Below, one piece after another: positions 7,773 through 17,264 of a stretch of 56,719 nucleotides of DNA; the first letter of the stretch is position 1; each line of letters opens with the position of its first letter. A program made the translations under genes and the position numbers. Source of the DNA: a virus (taxonomy: Duplodnaviria > Caudoviricetes); the IMG/VR virus record IMGVR_UViG_3300028025_001269, positions 1 through 56,719 of that record; one strand, given 5' to 3'. Below the pieces are notes generated by a model that ran no database searches, was not told the DNA's origin, and worked only from the letters and a program-made list of their open reading frames with translations.

Positions 7773-8015
7773 ATGATTAATGAACATGATCTAGCAGACA
7801 TGTGTAACCTGTTTGAGTTACGTAAGGGTGACAAGTTCAAGCTTGCACCTGAGGAAGAAGCAGGTGAAGAGGTACGAGTACCGCCTGCACACGAGGACCC
7901 TAACTTTGACTTAGAGTATTTATTTGATCACATCGATGGCATGTACAGCTACTGTAAGAATCAAGCTGGGCAGGTCGTACACTTTGCAGCATGGACTAAG
8001 GTATATAAATTATGA
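7773..8015 (+). CDS. Hypothetical protein
   Basis: AAGGAG RBS. Confidence 0.7.
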   Translation: MINEHDLADMCNLFELRKGDKFKLAPEEEAGEEVRVPPAHEDPNFDLEYLFDHIDGMYSYCKNQAGQVVHFAAWTKVYKL

Positions 8016-8416
8016 CTAAGAAAATAAGTTCGTTACAAGAAGAATGGGATGCAATTACTGCTATAGCCAGTAAAAAATATATATCTACAAAGGATCGCAT
8101 GGATGTCGAGGATGCAATCCAACACGTAGAGAATACAGTCGAGGACATTGATGCACTCATCGAGCGATACATAGACAGACCCGATCACATCAGTGAGGAT
8201 GAGATGTGGAACTACCTTGAGGGTATCAAGTGCGTACTCAAGCTGCGAATGGATGCATTGTGGAATGCACACAGACAGCGTGAATGCATCGATGGGTACG
8301 GTACCTTTGAAGAGGTAATGGAACAACGTGCAAAAGATTCCTTACCTACACTCAAGGTATTCAAAGATGCAATCAAGCAAACCCCTAAGAAAAAGAAGGT
8401 GAGTAAAAAGAAATGA
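8012..8416 (+). CDS. Hypothetical protein with basic C-terminus
   Basis: ATGA-coupled ORF. Confidence 0.65.
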   Translation: MTKKISSLQEEWDAITAIASKKYISTKDRMDVEDAIQHVENTVEDIDALIERYIDRPDHISEDEMWNYLEGIKCVLKLRMDALWNAHRQRECIDGYGTFEEVMEQRAKDSLPTLKVFKDAIKQTPKKKKVSKKK

Positions 8417-8619
8417 ACATACGTATAGAGGAAGTGTCAACCAACAAGGATGGCAGTACGAATGTCAACATTGACTTTGATGACGAAGGATTGAAGTACT
8501 TAGTACAGCATGCAGTCATTGACATCCTTACCCAGTACGCTAAACAAAACCCTATCCGACAACCCGATGAGACGGCTAAAACAAAACGAGTGCGTAAGAA
8601 AAATGTTAAGGCTACTTAA
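8413..8619 (+). CDS. Hypothetical protein
   Basis: ATGA-coupled ORF. Confidence 0.6.
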   Translation: MNIRIEEVSTNKDGSTNVNIDFDDEGLKYLVQHAVIDILTQYAKQNPIRQPDETAKTKRVRKKNVKAT

Positions 8620-8836
8620 GCAGGTGTTTGTACTGGCTGTGTTTATCTTAGGTGTATTCCTAGGGTACATGGCTGGTCAGTCTGAGTACAAGCATGACAG
8701 TTGTTACGATGCGACAGGCAAGTATTCAGATTACACAGCGTGGTTGTCTGTACGAGACGGTATCTACAGATGCTTTTGGATTGAGAAGAACTACCCATGG
8801 AGGGTAAGACAACAAGGAGTGATCGATGTCAAGTAA
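8603..8836 (+). CDS. Small protein with N-terminal membrane anchor
   Basis: VFVLAVFILGVFLGY hydrophobic stretch after ATG 8603. Confidence 0.55.
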   Translation: MLRLLKQVFVLAVFILGVFLGYMAGQSEYKHDSCYDATGKYSDYTAWLSVRDGIYRCFWIEKNYPWRVRQQGVIDVK

Positions 8837-9191
8837 TGTTGGAGATATTAACAGTGATGCCAAGGGTACTGGTGCTAGGTACATCAGTGGCAAGGCAGAC
8901 TTAAGCCTTATCCCTCTGAGTACATTGGAGGAAGAAGCAAGGGTATGGATGTACGGTACCAAGAAGTACAAGGCATTTAACTGGATGAAGGGTATGCCTT
9001 GGTCAGTACCACTGGGCTGTGCACTAAGGCACATAGCTGCATGGCAAGAGGGGGAGGACTTGGATCAAGAGTCTGGGCACCATCACTTAGCACATGCTAT
9101 GTGTAACCTGCGTATGCTCATGCTATACAGCAAGGCATACAAAGAAGGGGATGACAGACCTCCGAAGGAATACTTTAGTGAAGGCAATTAA
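8826..9191 (+). CDS. dATP/dGTP diphosphohydrolase-like (DUF5664) domain protein
   Basis: K.DLSLIP, YG.KKY...NW.KG, ALRH and GEDLDQESG..HLAHA.CN motifs. Confidence 0.85.
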   Translation: MSSNVGDINSDAKGTGARYISGKADLSLIPLSTLEEEARVWMYGTKKYKAFNWMKGMPWSVPLGCALRHIAAWQEGEDLDQESGHHHLAHAMCNLRMLMLYSKAYKEGDDRPPKEYFSEGN

Positions 9192-9393
9192 ATGGGCAGG
9201 TACTATCCTGTGTTTGGCTGGCATAGCTTTAACCAGCTTCAACGTATACCCACTCAACATATTCTTAAGCCTGATTGGTAGTGGGCTATGGACATGGGCT
9301 GGGTGGGCACAAAGAGATGCACCTTTAACTTTGGTTGAGGGTGTTGCAGTTACATTATATTTTATAGGAGTAATAACATGGCTGATGAATTAA
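9178..9393 (+). CDS. Small polytopic membrane protein
   Basis: Three hydrophobic segments from GTG 9178. Confidence 0.6.
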   Translation: MKAIKWAGTILCLAGIALTSFNVYPLNIFLSLIGSGLWTWAGWAQRDAPLTLVEGVAVTLYFIGVITWLMN

Positions 9394-9614
9394 ATATACC
9401 CTCGTTTAGTAAGCAAAAGAAACTCAAGACTAAGTCCGTAACGATACAGGCACCACTGCCTAGTATGGATGCACCCAATGAGATTACATACACACCACCG
9501 CCTAGCTACGTAGCACTGACGGATGATCAGATTGAATCCTGCCGTAAGGGTCAGGACATCTTTGACTTTGCCCGTGACATTGAAGAACTTGTACGCATCA
9601 ACAACAAGATCTAG
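9378..9614 (+). CDS. Hypothetical protein (LTDDQI...FARDIE type)
   Basis: AGGAG RBS. Confidence 0.65.
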   Translation: MADELNIPSFSKQKKLKTKSVTIQAPLPSMDAPNEITYTPPPSYVALTDDQIESCRKGQDIFDFARDIEELVRINNKI

Positions 9615-9615
9615 T

Positions 9616-9750
9616 ATGTACGTTTTGATCGGAGCATTCCTGCTGTACCAGTTCGGTGCTGGTCCAATGTGGTGGGCTGCGTATGGCATCGTGTTAGTAC
9701 TTAACTTTTTAATTGCCTTCATTCAAGGCTACAGACAACGGAGTATTTAA
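9616..9750 (+). CDS. Small membrane protein
   Basis: Hydrophobic 44 aa ORF filling the gap between genes. Confidence 0.5.
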   Translation: MYVLIGAFLLYQFGAGPMWWAAYGIVLVLNFLIAFIQGYRQRSI

Positions 9751-9751
9751 A

Positions 9752-10039
9752 ATGGATTATAAATTTACATTAAGTTTAGATGGTGATCAGGTAGATGAAC
9801 TGGTAGTAGCCAGTCTAAAAGATACCTACGAAGAATGTGTCAAGACATTGCTGTGTCCTACCCGTCAGTGGTATGACCCCATCGAAGATGTAATCCGTAG
9901 GCAAGAGGCACTGAATGAATTGCTGCAGTATCACATGGCACCTGAAGCCTATCGTACTTACGTTAACTATTGGAATGCATACACCCTACAGGAAGGAACA
10001 GCAAATGAAAAAGATAAAGATACAGGAGTTGATGACTGA
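9752..10039 (+). CDS. Hypothetical protein
   Basis: GGAG RBS before ATG 9752. Confidence 0.65.
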   Translation: MDYKFTLSLDGDQVDELVVASLKDTYEECVKTLLCPTRQWYDPIEDVIRRQEALNELLQYHMAPEAYRTYVNYWNAYTLQEGTANEKDKDTGVDD

Positions 10040-10910
10040 GTATTACGCATCACTAGACTACCGTTCCTTATCTGATTCAGCTAAGAAGGATTACAAGTAC
10101 TGCCTTAACACATTGCTGGCTACTGTTGTACGTGACAGATCAATATCCAAGATGTATCTCCAATCTATGAATACTCCCTTAGCCCAAGTTGCTTACAACA
10201 TCTGGGCTGAGAGGGGTGTTTCATTTGCTAACCACACCCACGCTGTGGCTAGTAAACTGTACAACTTTGGAATACAGCTAGGGTACACAGATCTAAATCC
10301 CTTCAGCAAGGTATCTAAACGCTCCGCTAAGCCACGCAAAGTGGTATGGACAAGGGAGCATATCAACTTGTTCTTAGACACCGCCTACAGCCGTTTTAAG
10401 TGGCGTAGCGTAGGGCTTATAGTTCAGATGGCATACGAGTGGTGTCAGAGACTAGGTGACATGGCTAACCTAACATGGGATATGTATGACCCTGAGACTA
10501 GGGTTCTGTACCTAGAACAGTCTAAGCGTAGGGCTAAGGTAGAGTTACCTACTACAGATGAACTGCATGAGATGTTGATGCAGCAGAAGACAGACGTAGA
10601 CTTCCAGTCTTATGTGGCACCTAGGTGTATGGAACGTAGGATCATTAGCAGACCTTACGATAAGTACGCATTGTCGTATGTAGCTAGGGAAATCATCAAG
10701 GCTGCTGGGTTACCTGATGAGTTACAGATTATGGACATGCGTAGGACTGGCACCATGGAGATGGTTGAAGCAGGGGTCTCCCTCCCTCAGATCATGAGTA
10801 TCACAGGTCATGCCAATCCACAGTCAGTAAAACCCTACATGAAAAATACATTGACAAGTGCAAGGAAAGCTGCTACGCTTCGCTTTAACACCGCCAGTGA
10901 TACAGTATAA
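10005..10910 (+). CDS. int: Tyrosine recombinase / integrase
   Basis: Catalytic residues R (CQRLGD), K (QSKR), DMRRT, H (TGH) and Y (VKPY); core-binding N-terminal domain; start re-called at ATG 10005 after AAGGA. Confidence 0.9.
   Translation: MKKIKIQELMTEYYASLDYRSLSDSAKKDYKYCLNTLLATVVRDRSISKMYLQSMNTPLAQVAYNIWAERGVSFANHTHAVASKLYNFGIQLGYTDLNPFSKVSKRSAKPRKVVWTREHINLFLDTAYSRFKWRSVGLIVQMAYEWCQRLGDMANLTWDMYDPETRVLYLEQSKRRAKVELPTTDELHEMLMQQKTDVDFQSYVAPRCMERRIISRPYDKYALSYVAREIIKAAGLPDELQIMDMRRTGTMEMVEAGVSLPQIMSITGHANPQSVKPYMKNTLTSARKAATLRFNTASDTV
10851..10879 (+). promoter_or_regulatory. Sigma70-like promoter inside the int 3' end, ahead of the replication genes
   Basis: TTGACA-N17-TACGCT. Confidence 0.55.
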
Positions 10911-10919
10911 GGATACACA

Positions 10920-11114
10920 ATGCAAGTAGCAGGGTTTAAATCAGATGAGTATGAGATGAGCTTGCCCGAGATAGGTAAAGCACTTGGAATGTCTACGAGT
11001 AGGGTGTATGAACTACAGGTTAGTGCCATGTCTAAAGTGCGTATGTATTGTGAGATACATGGCATTGAGTTTGAGGATCTCATAGATTCGTTAAGTAAAA
11101 AGGATAAGCAATGA
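10920..11114 (+). CDS. Stand-alone sigma70 region-4-like helix-turn-helix protein
   Basis: MSLPEIGKALGMSTSRVYELQVSAMSKVR matches the region 4.2 pattern (TL.EIG...G.S.ERVRQI...AL.KLR). Confidence 0.75.
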   Translation: MQVAGFKSDEYEMSLPEIGKALGMSTSRVYELQVSAMSKVRMYCEIHGIEFEDLIDSLSKKDKQ

Positions 11115-11242
11115 AAGTAAAACTACACATAACCCACTGGCACAAGGGTGGTGTATTCCACTGGGGTGAATGGAAGTTTAATGGAGGAGACAGCTACCTA
11201 AGCTATCGCCTCGGTCCTCTACTAGTACAGATAAGGAAATAG
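11111..11242 (+). CDS. Small hypothetical protein, 43 aa (not in the ORF track)
   Basis: ATGA-coupled; AAGGA RBS; fills the gap between genes. Confidence 0.5.
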   Translation: MKVKLHITHWHKGGVFHWGEWKFNGGDSYLSYRLGPLLVQIRK

Positions 11243-11244
11243 AA

Positions 11245-11442
11245 ATGAGTGAGCACGAAGAACTTAAAGCTGCAGTGCGTAGTTTCTTTCAAGACTTCCT
11301 TGACATACGGGAAGAGTCTGATAGTGGCAGAGTGTTTGCACCTATAACAATCAGTAGCTGCAGGTGCATGATGATAGAACCCTTAGCTGAGGTGTTAGCT
11401 AAGATGCGTAAGTTATCGGGTGCACAGAAAGGGAGTAAGTAA
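11245..11442 (+). CDS. Hypothetical protein
   Basis: AAGGA RBS. Confidence 0.65.
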   Translation: MSEHEELKAAVRSFFQDFLDIREESDSGRVFAPITISSCRCMMIEPLAEVLAKMRKLSGAQKGSK

Positions 11443-12218
11443 TGAACATCCGTGCATACGTAGAAGGATTAGAACTATCCCTAGGTCGAGTACACAGGGG
11501 GAACTGCCCAGTATGCCAGCGTAAGAACACCTTCACTGCCATCAATGATATGGGTACCGTGATGTGGAACTGTTACTCCAATGGTTGCAATGTGGCAGGG
11601 GCTATCAAAACATTTATACCTGCTGCAGATTTAATGAGGTTAATGCATGTGAGTTATGTACATACAGATTTACCTATCGACTTTGAGTTTCCTGACTGGA
11701 TCATTGTTGACTATGAACGCAAGGGATTGAAAGACTTGTGCCATCGCTGGCAGTTAGATCCGCACTGGCTTGACTTACGATACGACATCCGAGAAGAGCG
11801 TGTGGTATTTCCTGTACGTGAGGGTGGCAAGTTAGTAGACGGAGTAGGTAGAGGCATACACCATGGCATCACACCTAAGTGGAAACGCTACGGTGTAGCA
11901 CGTACAGCGTATGTGGTAGGTGACATGGATGTAGCTGTCGTAGTAGAGGATTGCATTAGTGCTGCAGTTGTAGATACTTTAGGTGGCACAGGCTTTGCCC
12001 TACTGGGTACAGCGTTACTCGAGGAACACAAACGATTGCTTGCCAAGTATAAGAAGGTTGTGGTAGCATTAGATCCAGACGCAATGAGTAAGACACTTGT
12101 ATATACCCGTGAACTAAAGGCTATTGGAATCGAAGCAGTAGCCATGAATTTGCTGGATGATTTAAAGTACCGTGTCCCAGAGGATATAGCCCAGTTGAAA
12201 AATAGAATGAGGAGTTAG
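11442..12218 (+). CDS. DNA primase (Zn finger plus TOPRIM)
   Basis: CPVC...CYSNGC zinc finger; VVVED..SA and ALDPDA TOPRIM motifs. Confidence 0.9.
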   Translation: MNIRAYVEGLELSLGRVHRGNCPVCQRKNTFTAINDMGTVMWNCYSNGCNVAGAIKTFIPAADLMRLMHVSYVHTDLPIDFEFPDWIIVDYERKGLKDLCHRWQLDPHWLDLRYDIREERVVFPVREGGKLVDGVGRGIHHGITPKWKRYGVARTAYVVGDMDVAVVVEDCISAAVVDTLGGTGFALLGTALLEEHKRLLAKYKKVVVALDPDAMSKTLVYTRELKAIGIEAVAMNLLDDLKYRVPEDIAQLKNRMRS

Positions 12219-12219
12219 T

Positions 12220-13443
12220 ATGGAATTAACCTTGATTAGAAGTTTGATGGACAAAGACTTCTACGATGAGACCAGAGGTAACCGTTGTCCAGATAAGTTG
12301 TTCAGTAAAGATACACGTAAGATCAAATCAACCATCGATACAGCGATGGAACAGTACCAAAGAAATTTAACAGTAGACGAAGTACAAGCACTATTCTTTG
12401 CAGCAAATCCCACACTTACTACAGCACAAAAACAATCATACGAATTGCAGTTCAATAAGATTCGTAAGGAAGACATCATGGGTGCTGATGTTGCAACAGA
12501 AGTATTGAGCAACATGTTCCGGCAGGTAGTGGGTGAGGAGGTAGCTAACCTTGGATTCCAGTATGTCAATGGTGACCAGACTACGATGGAGCCACTGAGA
12601 CATATCCTTGATATGTACCAAGATGATTTCACACCAAGCATTCGTATCAAGTATGTAGACAATAGCATTGAGAACTTGATTGAGAGTGCAGCAAACAATA
12701 CCAAGTGGCAGTTTAATATTCCATCACTACATCACTCAGTCAATGGCTTAGACAATGGAATGTTATTTGTTATCGGTGCACGTAGTAACGTAGGTAAGTC
12801 AAGCTTCCACTCCACCTTATGTGCAGGTCCTAATGGCTGGGCATACCAAGGTGCAAAGATACTTGTGCTGTGTAATGAAGAGAAGCCGGAGCGTGTAGCA
12901 TCTCGCTACATGACTGCTTGTACGGGCATGACGATACAGCAGATCGTGTCTGACAAGATCACTGCACACAGATCCTATGATCCTATCAAGGATAACTTAA
13001 AGTTTGTAGATGCAACAGGCAAGACAATGAAGTGGGCTGAGTCAGTCATCAAGAAACATAAGCCTGACATTGTTGTGCTTGACATCGGCAGTAAGTTCTC
13101 AGAGGAAGGTGCTTCAACTAATAACCATGAGACACTGAAAGCTAATGCAGTCTATGCCCGTAACATCGGTAAGATCTATGGCTGCTTAGTTGTGTATTGC
13201 ACACAGTTGAGTGCTGAAGCAGAAGGCAAGATCGTATTGTCTCAGGCTATGATTGAAGGCAGTAAGACTGGCTTGGCAGGTGAGTCAGACTTGATGATCT
13301 TAGTTGCACGTAACCCACCCATGAATGATCAGACTGAGGATGATGGTATGCGTTACTTAAACATTGTGAAGAACAAGATCAGTGGTATCCATCGTATTAT
13401 AAATTGTGAGTTTGACTATCACACTGGTGCATACTCATCATGA
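12220..13443 (+). CDS. DnaB-like SF4 replicative helicase
   Basis: Walker A GARSNVGKSS; NEE; VVLD; TQLS; VKNK. Confidence 0.9.
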   Translation: MELTLIRSLMDKDFYDETRGNRCPDKLFSKDTRKIKSTIDTAMEQYQRNLTVDEVQALFFAANPTLTTAQKQSYELQFNKIRKEDIMGADVATEVLSNMFRQVVGEEVANLGFQYVNGDQTTMEPLRHILDMYQDDFTPSIRIKYVDNSIENLIESAANNTKWQFNIPSLHHSVNGLDNGMLFVIGARSNVGKSSFHSTLCAGPNGWAYQGAKILVLCNEEKPERVASRYMTACTGMTIQQIVSDKITAHRSYDPIKDNLKFVDATGKTMKWAESVIKKHKPDIVVLDIGSKFSEEGASTNNHETLKANAVYARNIGKIYGCLVVYCTQLSAEAEGKIVLSQAMIEGSKTGLAGESDLMILVARNPPMNDQTEDDGMRYLNIVKNKISGIHRIINCEFDYHTGAYSS

Positions 13444-15491
13444 TTATCACACTTGACGTGGAGAACACAGTCAGTAACAGAGGGGGTAAGAAACACCTAG
13501 ATCCCTTTGAGACTGGCAATACACTGGTGATGGTTGGCTATAAGTTACTAGGCGGTACACACCGTGTGTATACCTTTGACCATTCACAGGTGCAAGAAGA
13601 TTGTGCTAAGAACAGGCAGGAGCTACAGTCTGTACTGGATCAGACTACCCTTATGATTGGACACAATCTAAACCATGACTTAGTGTGGCTATGGGAGTCT
13701 GGCTTTAAGTATGATGGTCTTATCTTCGATACCATGATCAGTGACTACGTCTTACAGCGTGGAGTCAAGTTGCCATCCGACTTGGGTTCAGTTGCTATGC
13801 GTCATGGCTGTGAGATCCTTAAGCAAGACACACTCAAGACTTACTTTAAGAATGGATACAGTACTCGTGACATTCCCCATGCTGAGCTAGTCGAGTACCT
13901 TGAGCATGACTTAGGTTCCACTGAGGGTATCTACAAATCAATACAGGCTAAGCTGTTGACACCTCAGGATGCAGGTCTACGTGAGACGATTGAGATGTCC
14001 AACGAAGTTGCTATGGTCCTGTCAAGGATCTATCACACGGGTATCAAGGTAGACTTGTCAGCACTGGATGCAGTACGGCTACAGTTCGAGACAGAGCGTG
14101 ATGACATTGTGAAGTTACTACAGTCTCATGTACGTACACTGATGGGTGATACACCAATCAATCTCAATAGTCCTGAGCAGTTGTCATGGATTGTGTACAG
14201 TCGTAAGCCCCACAATAAGGGTGCATGGATGACTGCTATTACTCCGTACATGAAAGACACAGAGTTCAAGGAAGCAGTCAAGCGACACTTCAGTAATGTG
14301 TACAAGACCAAGGCAGTTAAGTGTGCTGGCTGTGATGGCAAGGGCTTTAACTACAAGCTGAAGAAGGATGGTTCCCCATTCAAGAAGTCCACCAAGTGTG
14401 TTACATGTAACGGTGTGGGGTTTGAGTTCAAGCCCACTAAAGAACTGGCAGGGTTAAAGTTCACAGCACCTAACGCTAAGTGGGCTAGTGCCAATGGCTT
14501 TGGTACAGGCAAGGATAACCTTGAGACCCTTGAGCGAGTGGCTGTATCCAAGGGTATGACTGATGCTGTTGAGTTCCTAGGTAAGTTACGTAGGCTGTCA
14601 GCATTGGATAGTTACCTAAGTAACTTCGTAGAGGGCATTGCTTCCTACCTCAAGCCGGACGGTCTATTGCATGTACGATTAAACCAACATGTCACTTCGA
14701 CTGGTAGGTTCAGTGGGTCTAACCCCAACATGCAGAACATGCCTAGGGGTGGTACCTTCCCAGTGAAGCGGGTATTTGTATCTCGCTTTGAGGGTGGCAA
14801 GATTATGGAAGCAGACTTTGCCCAGCTAGAGTTTCGTGTAGCTGCATTCTTATCCCAAGATCAACGAGCTATGCAGGAAGTCAGTGAAGGGTTTGATGTG
14901 CACTCGTATACTGCCAAGGTTATTACGGATGCAGGTCAGCCTACCAGTAGACAGGATGCCAAGGCACATACCTTTGCCCCACTCTATGGTGCTACTGGGT
15001 ATGGGCGTACCCCGTCTGAGGCTGCATACTACAAGCACTTCCTAGAGAAGTACACAGGCATTGCCAAGTGGCACAGTGTTCTAGCCAAGCAAGCCCTGAA
15101 TTATAAGTACATAAAGATACCTAGCAATAGGGAGTTTGCATTCCCCGATGTGCAGCGTAAGCGGGATGGGACAGTGACACACTTTACTGCCATCAAGAAC
15201 TACCCAGTTCAAGCCTTCGCTACAGCAGACATAGTGCCTTTAGCCCTAGTAGAAATCTACAATAGGCTTAAGCCGTACAAGAGCAGAGTAGTAAATTCTG
15301 TCCATGATTCTATCGTGATTGATGTTCACCCCGATGAGATAGAAGAAGCGGTCAGAGTAATTGATGGAGTACAGCGGGATCTAGTAGGTTTGATTAATAA
15401 AAAATGGTCAATAGATTTCAATGTACCCCTTGCATTAGATAGTAAAATGGGTGATAATTGGTTAGAGCAAAAAGATGTACACGTTAATTAA
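13440..15491 (+). CDS. polA: Family A DNA polymerase with 3'-5' exonuclease and DnaJ-type Zn-finger insertion
   Basis: Exo motifs LDVE, HN..HD and Y..HD; TGRFSG.NPNMQN; motif A DFAQLEFR; motif B KAHTFAPLYG (Phe at the E. coli 762-equivalent position); motif C VHDS; CAGCDGKG and CVTCNGVG. Confidence 0.95.
   Translation: MIITLDVENTVSNRGGKKHLDPFETGNTLVMVGYKLLGGTHRVYTFDHSQVQEDCAKNRQELQSVLDQTTLMIGHNLNHDLVWLWESGFKYDGLIFDTMISDYVLQRGVKLPSDLGSVAMRHGCEILKQDTLKTYFKNGYSTRDIPHAELVEYLEHDLGSTEGIYKSIQAKLLTPQDAGLRETIEMSNEVAMVLSRIYHTGIKVDLSALDAVRLQFETERDDIVKLLQSHVRTLMGDTPINLNSPEQLSWIVYSRKPHNKGAWMTAITPYMKDTEFKEAVKRHFSNVYKTKAVKCAGCDGKGFNYKLKKDGSPFKKSTKCVTCNGVGFEFKPTKELAGLKFTAPNAKWASANGFGTGKDNLETLERVAVSKGMTDAVEFLGKLRRLSALDSYLSNFVEGIASYLKPDGLLHVRLNQHVTSTGRFSGSNPNMQNMPRGGTFPVKRVFVSRFEGGKIMEADFAQLEFRVAAFLSQDQRAMQEVSEGFDVHSYTAKVITDAGQPTSRQDAKAHTFAPLYGATGYGRTPSEAAYYKHFLEKYTGIAKWHSVLAKQALNYKYIKIPSNREFAFPDVQRKRDGTVTHFTAIKNYPVQAFATADIVPLALVEIYNRLKPYKSRVVNSVHDSIVIDVHPDEIEEAVRVIDGVQRDLVGLINKKWSIDFNVPLALDSKMGDNWLEQKDVHVN
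15430..15458 (+). promoter_or_regulatory. Sigma70-like promoter ahead of the SSB gene
   Basis: TTGCAT-N17-GATAAT. Confidence 0.5.
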
Positions 15492-15512
15492 CAACAGAAA
15501 AGGAATAGACAC

Positions 15513-16406
15513 ATGTCTAATATAACTCTCGCAGCAGGTGGTAACTTTGCACAGATGGCTGAAGCCATGGGCATGGCAGTTGATATTGCTAAGCCTAAGA
15601 AGCAAAGCAATCTAGCCCGATTAAAGTTGGATCACAAGGGCATCATGGGTGAAGAGGTTGTCGGTGGTAAGAAGAAGAAGGTAGAAGTAGTGTCAGCAGG
15701 TAGCTACGTACTTGATCGTCCTAACCTAGACCCAGTTTATGGTAATGATGTAACCATTCGTTTGTTTAACCAACGCTTTATGTATAAGAAATATATCCAA
15801 GGTTCAGGTGATGTTAAGTCTAAGTACGTAAAGACCATCATGGACAAAGACTTGAATGGTGACTTGCGGGATAACGATGGTGGCTTTAACTGTGGCAAAC
15901 CCTCCGGCTGGATCGAAGACTACAGTGCATTGCCAGCAGAGACAAAGGCTTTACTCAAGTCTATCAAGCGGGTACGTGTATTGTTTGGTGAGATTACAAT
16001 GAAGGACCCAGTCAACGCTAAAGGCGAAGCACTCGGTTTGATTGAGTCTATTCCTTTTATTTGGGAGATTGATAACCGTGATGCATTTAAAACTTTGGGT
16101 GCACCTATTGCACAGATGGCTAAGCAAAACCGCATCCTTCCACAACACCGCATCATCTTGGGTGCAGAAGAGCAGTCTCTCCCAACAGGGGCAACTTACT
16201 TCTTGCCTACAGCAGTACTCGATCTATCTAGCACCCTTGAGTTGACAGATGCAGACAGTACTTTGTTCGGTGACTTTAATGCTTGGGTTGATAACTACAA
16301 CGAGTACATCGTTAAGGAGTTCAACAAGTTAAGTCAACCAGCAGAAGCTAGTGCAGATGAACTTGCGATTGCCGAAGAGTTTGTTGACGTAGAAGTAGAA
16401 GCGTAA
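15513..16406 (+). CDS. Probable single-stranded DNA-binding protein
   Basis: Position after polA, beta-rich body and acidic C-terminal tail; D..GGFNCG motif. Confidence 0.6.
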   Translation: MSNITLAAGGNFAQMAEAMGMAVDIAKPKKQSNLARLKLDHKGIMGEEVVGGKKKKVEVVSAGSYVLDRPNLDPVYGNDVTIRLFNQRFMYKKYIQGSGDVKSKYVKTIMDKDLNGDLRDNDGGFNCGKPSGWIEDYSALPAETKALLKSIKRVRVLFGEITMKDPVNAKGEALGLIESIPFIWEIDNRDAFKTLGAPIAQMAKQNRILPQHRIILGAEEQSLPTGATYFLPTAVLDLSSTLELTDADSTLFGDFNAWVDNYNEYIVKEFNKLSQPAEASADELAIAEEFVDVEVEA

Positions 16407-17263
16407 TGAATCATCCTGCCGAGTTAAAGATACACCAGTATCTAAGTAAGGTAAGACACGGGGACAGTACCCTGAGCGATGAAGTAGTAGAACAGATCGT
16501 CTCAGATGTTCGTGCTGCCCTTACTCGGCAGTTTGTAGACAAGCGGGATAACAAGTTCTCACTGAGAATGTCAAACGTAGGGCGTGACTACTGTCAGCTT
16601 TGGTTTGATAAGAACAGTCCTGAGGATGCAGTGCCCCACTCTACAAACTTCATTATCAATATGATGATGGGTGACATTGCTGAGGCAGTGTTCAAAGGTT
16701 TACTGACACAGTCTGGTGTGGCTTATGCTAACGGAGATAAGGTAACACTGGTGGCAGGTGAGCACACTATCCATGGCACACCCGACTTAAGCACTGAGGG
16801 TGCAGTAGATGACGTTAAGTCTGCTAGTCCTTGGTCATACACCAATAAGTTTGTTGACTATCAAACCCTACACGACAATGATTCCTTTGGCTATGTGGGT
16901 CAGCTTGCTGGCTACGCTAAGGCTATGGGTATCAAGCCGGGTGGTTGGTGGGTAATCAACAAGGCTAACGGTGAGTTTAAGTATGTAGCTGCTGAGGGTA
17001 TTGATCTTGATGCAGAAGTAAAGAAGATCGAACAGAAGGCAGACAAGCTAAAGGAGAATACCTTTGAACGATGTTACGAAGCAATCCCTGAAACCTATCG
17101 CAAGAAAGAAACAGGGAACCTTGTACTGGGGCGGGAGTGTGGCTGGTGCTCTTACCGATACAAATGTTGGCAAGGACTACAAGAGAAACCATCACTTGTA
17201 TCTAAGGCAGCAAACCCTCCAATGGTTTCCTACGTTAAGATAATGCCGAAGGAAATAGAGTAA
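16406..17263 (+). CDS. PD-(D/E)xK Cas4-like exonuclease
   Basis: LRMS..G..C, G.PD, DVKS, Y..QL..Y and C..C.Y...C motifs. Confidence 0.8.
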   Translation: MNHPAELKIHQYLSKVRHGDSTLSDEVVEQIVSDVRAALTRQFVDKRDNKFSLRMSNVGRDYCQLWFDKNSPEDAVPHSTNFIINMMMGDIAEAVFKGLLTQSGVAYANGDKVTLVAGEHTIHGTPDLSTEGAVDDVKSASPWSYTNKFVDYQTLHDNDSFGYVGQLAGYAKAMGIKPGGWWVINKANGEFKYVAAEGIDLDAEVKKIEQKADKLKENTFERCYEAIPETYRKKETGNLVLGRECGWCSYRYKCWQGLQEKPSLVSKAANPPMVSYVKIMPKEIE

Positions 17264-17264
17264 C

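Noticed and set aside
8826-9191. DUF5664 diphosphohydrolase as a sign of a modified-base (dZ or 7-deazaguanine) pathway
   Set aside because: No purZ, queC/D/E, folE or dpdA-like genes were recognised in the window.
16406-17263. Cas4-like nuclease as part of a CRISPR system
   Set aside because: There are no cas genes or array, and stand-alone Cas4-like exonucleases are routine in phage replication modules.
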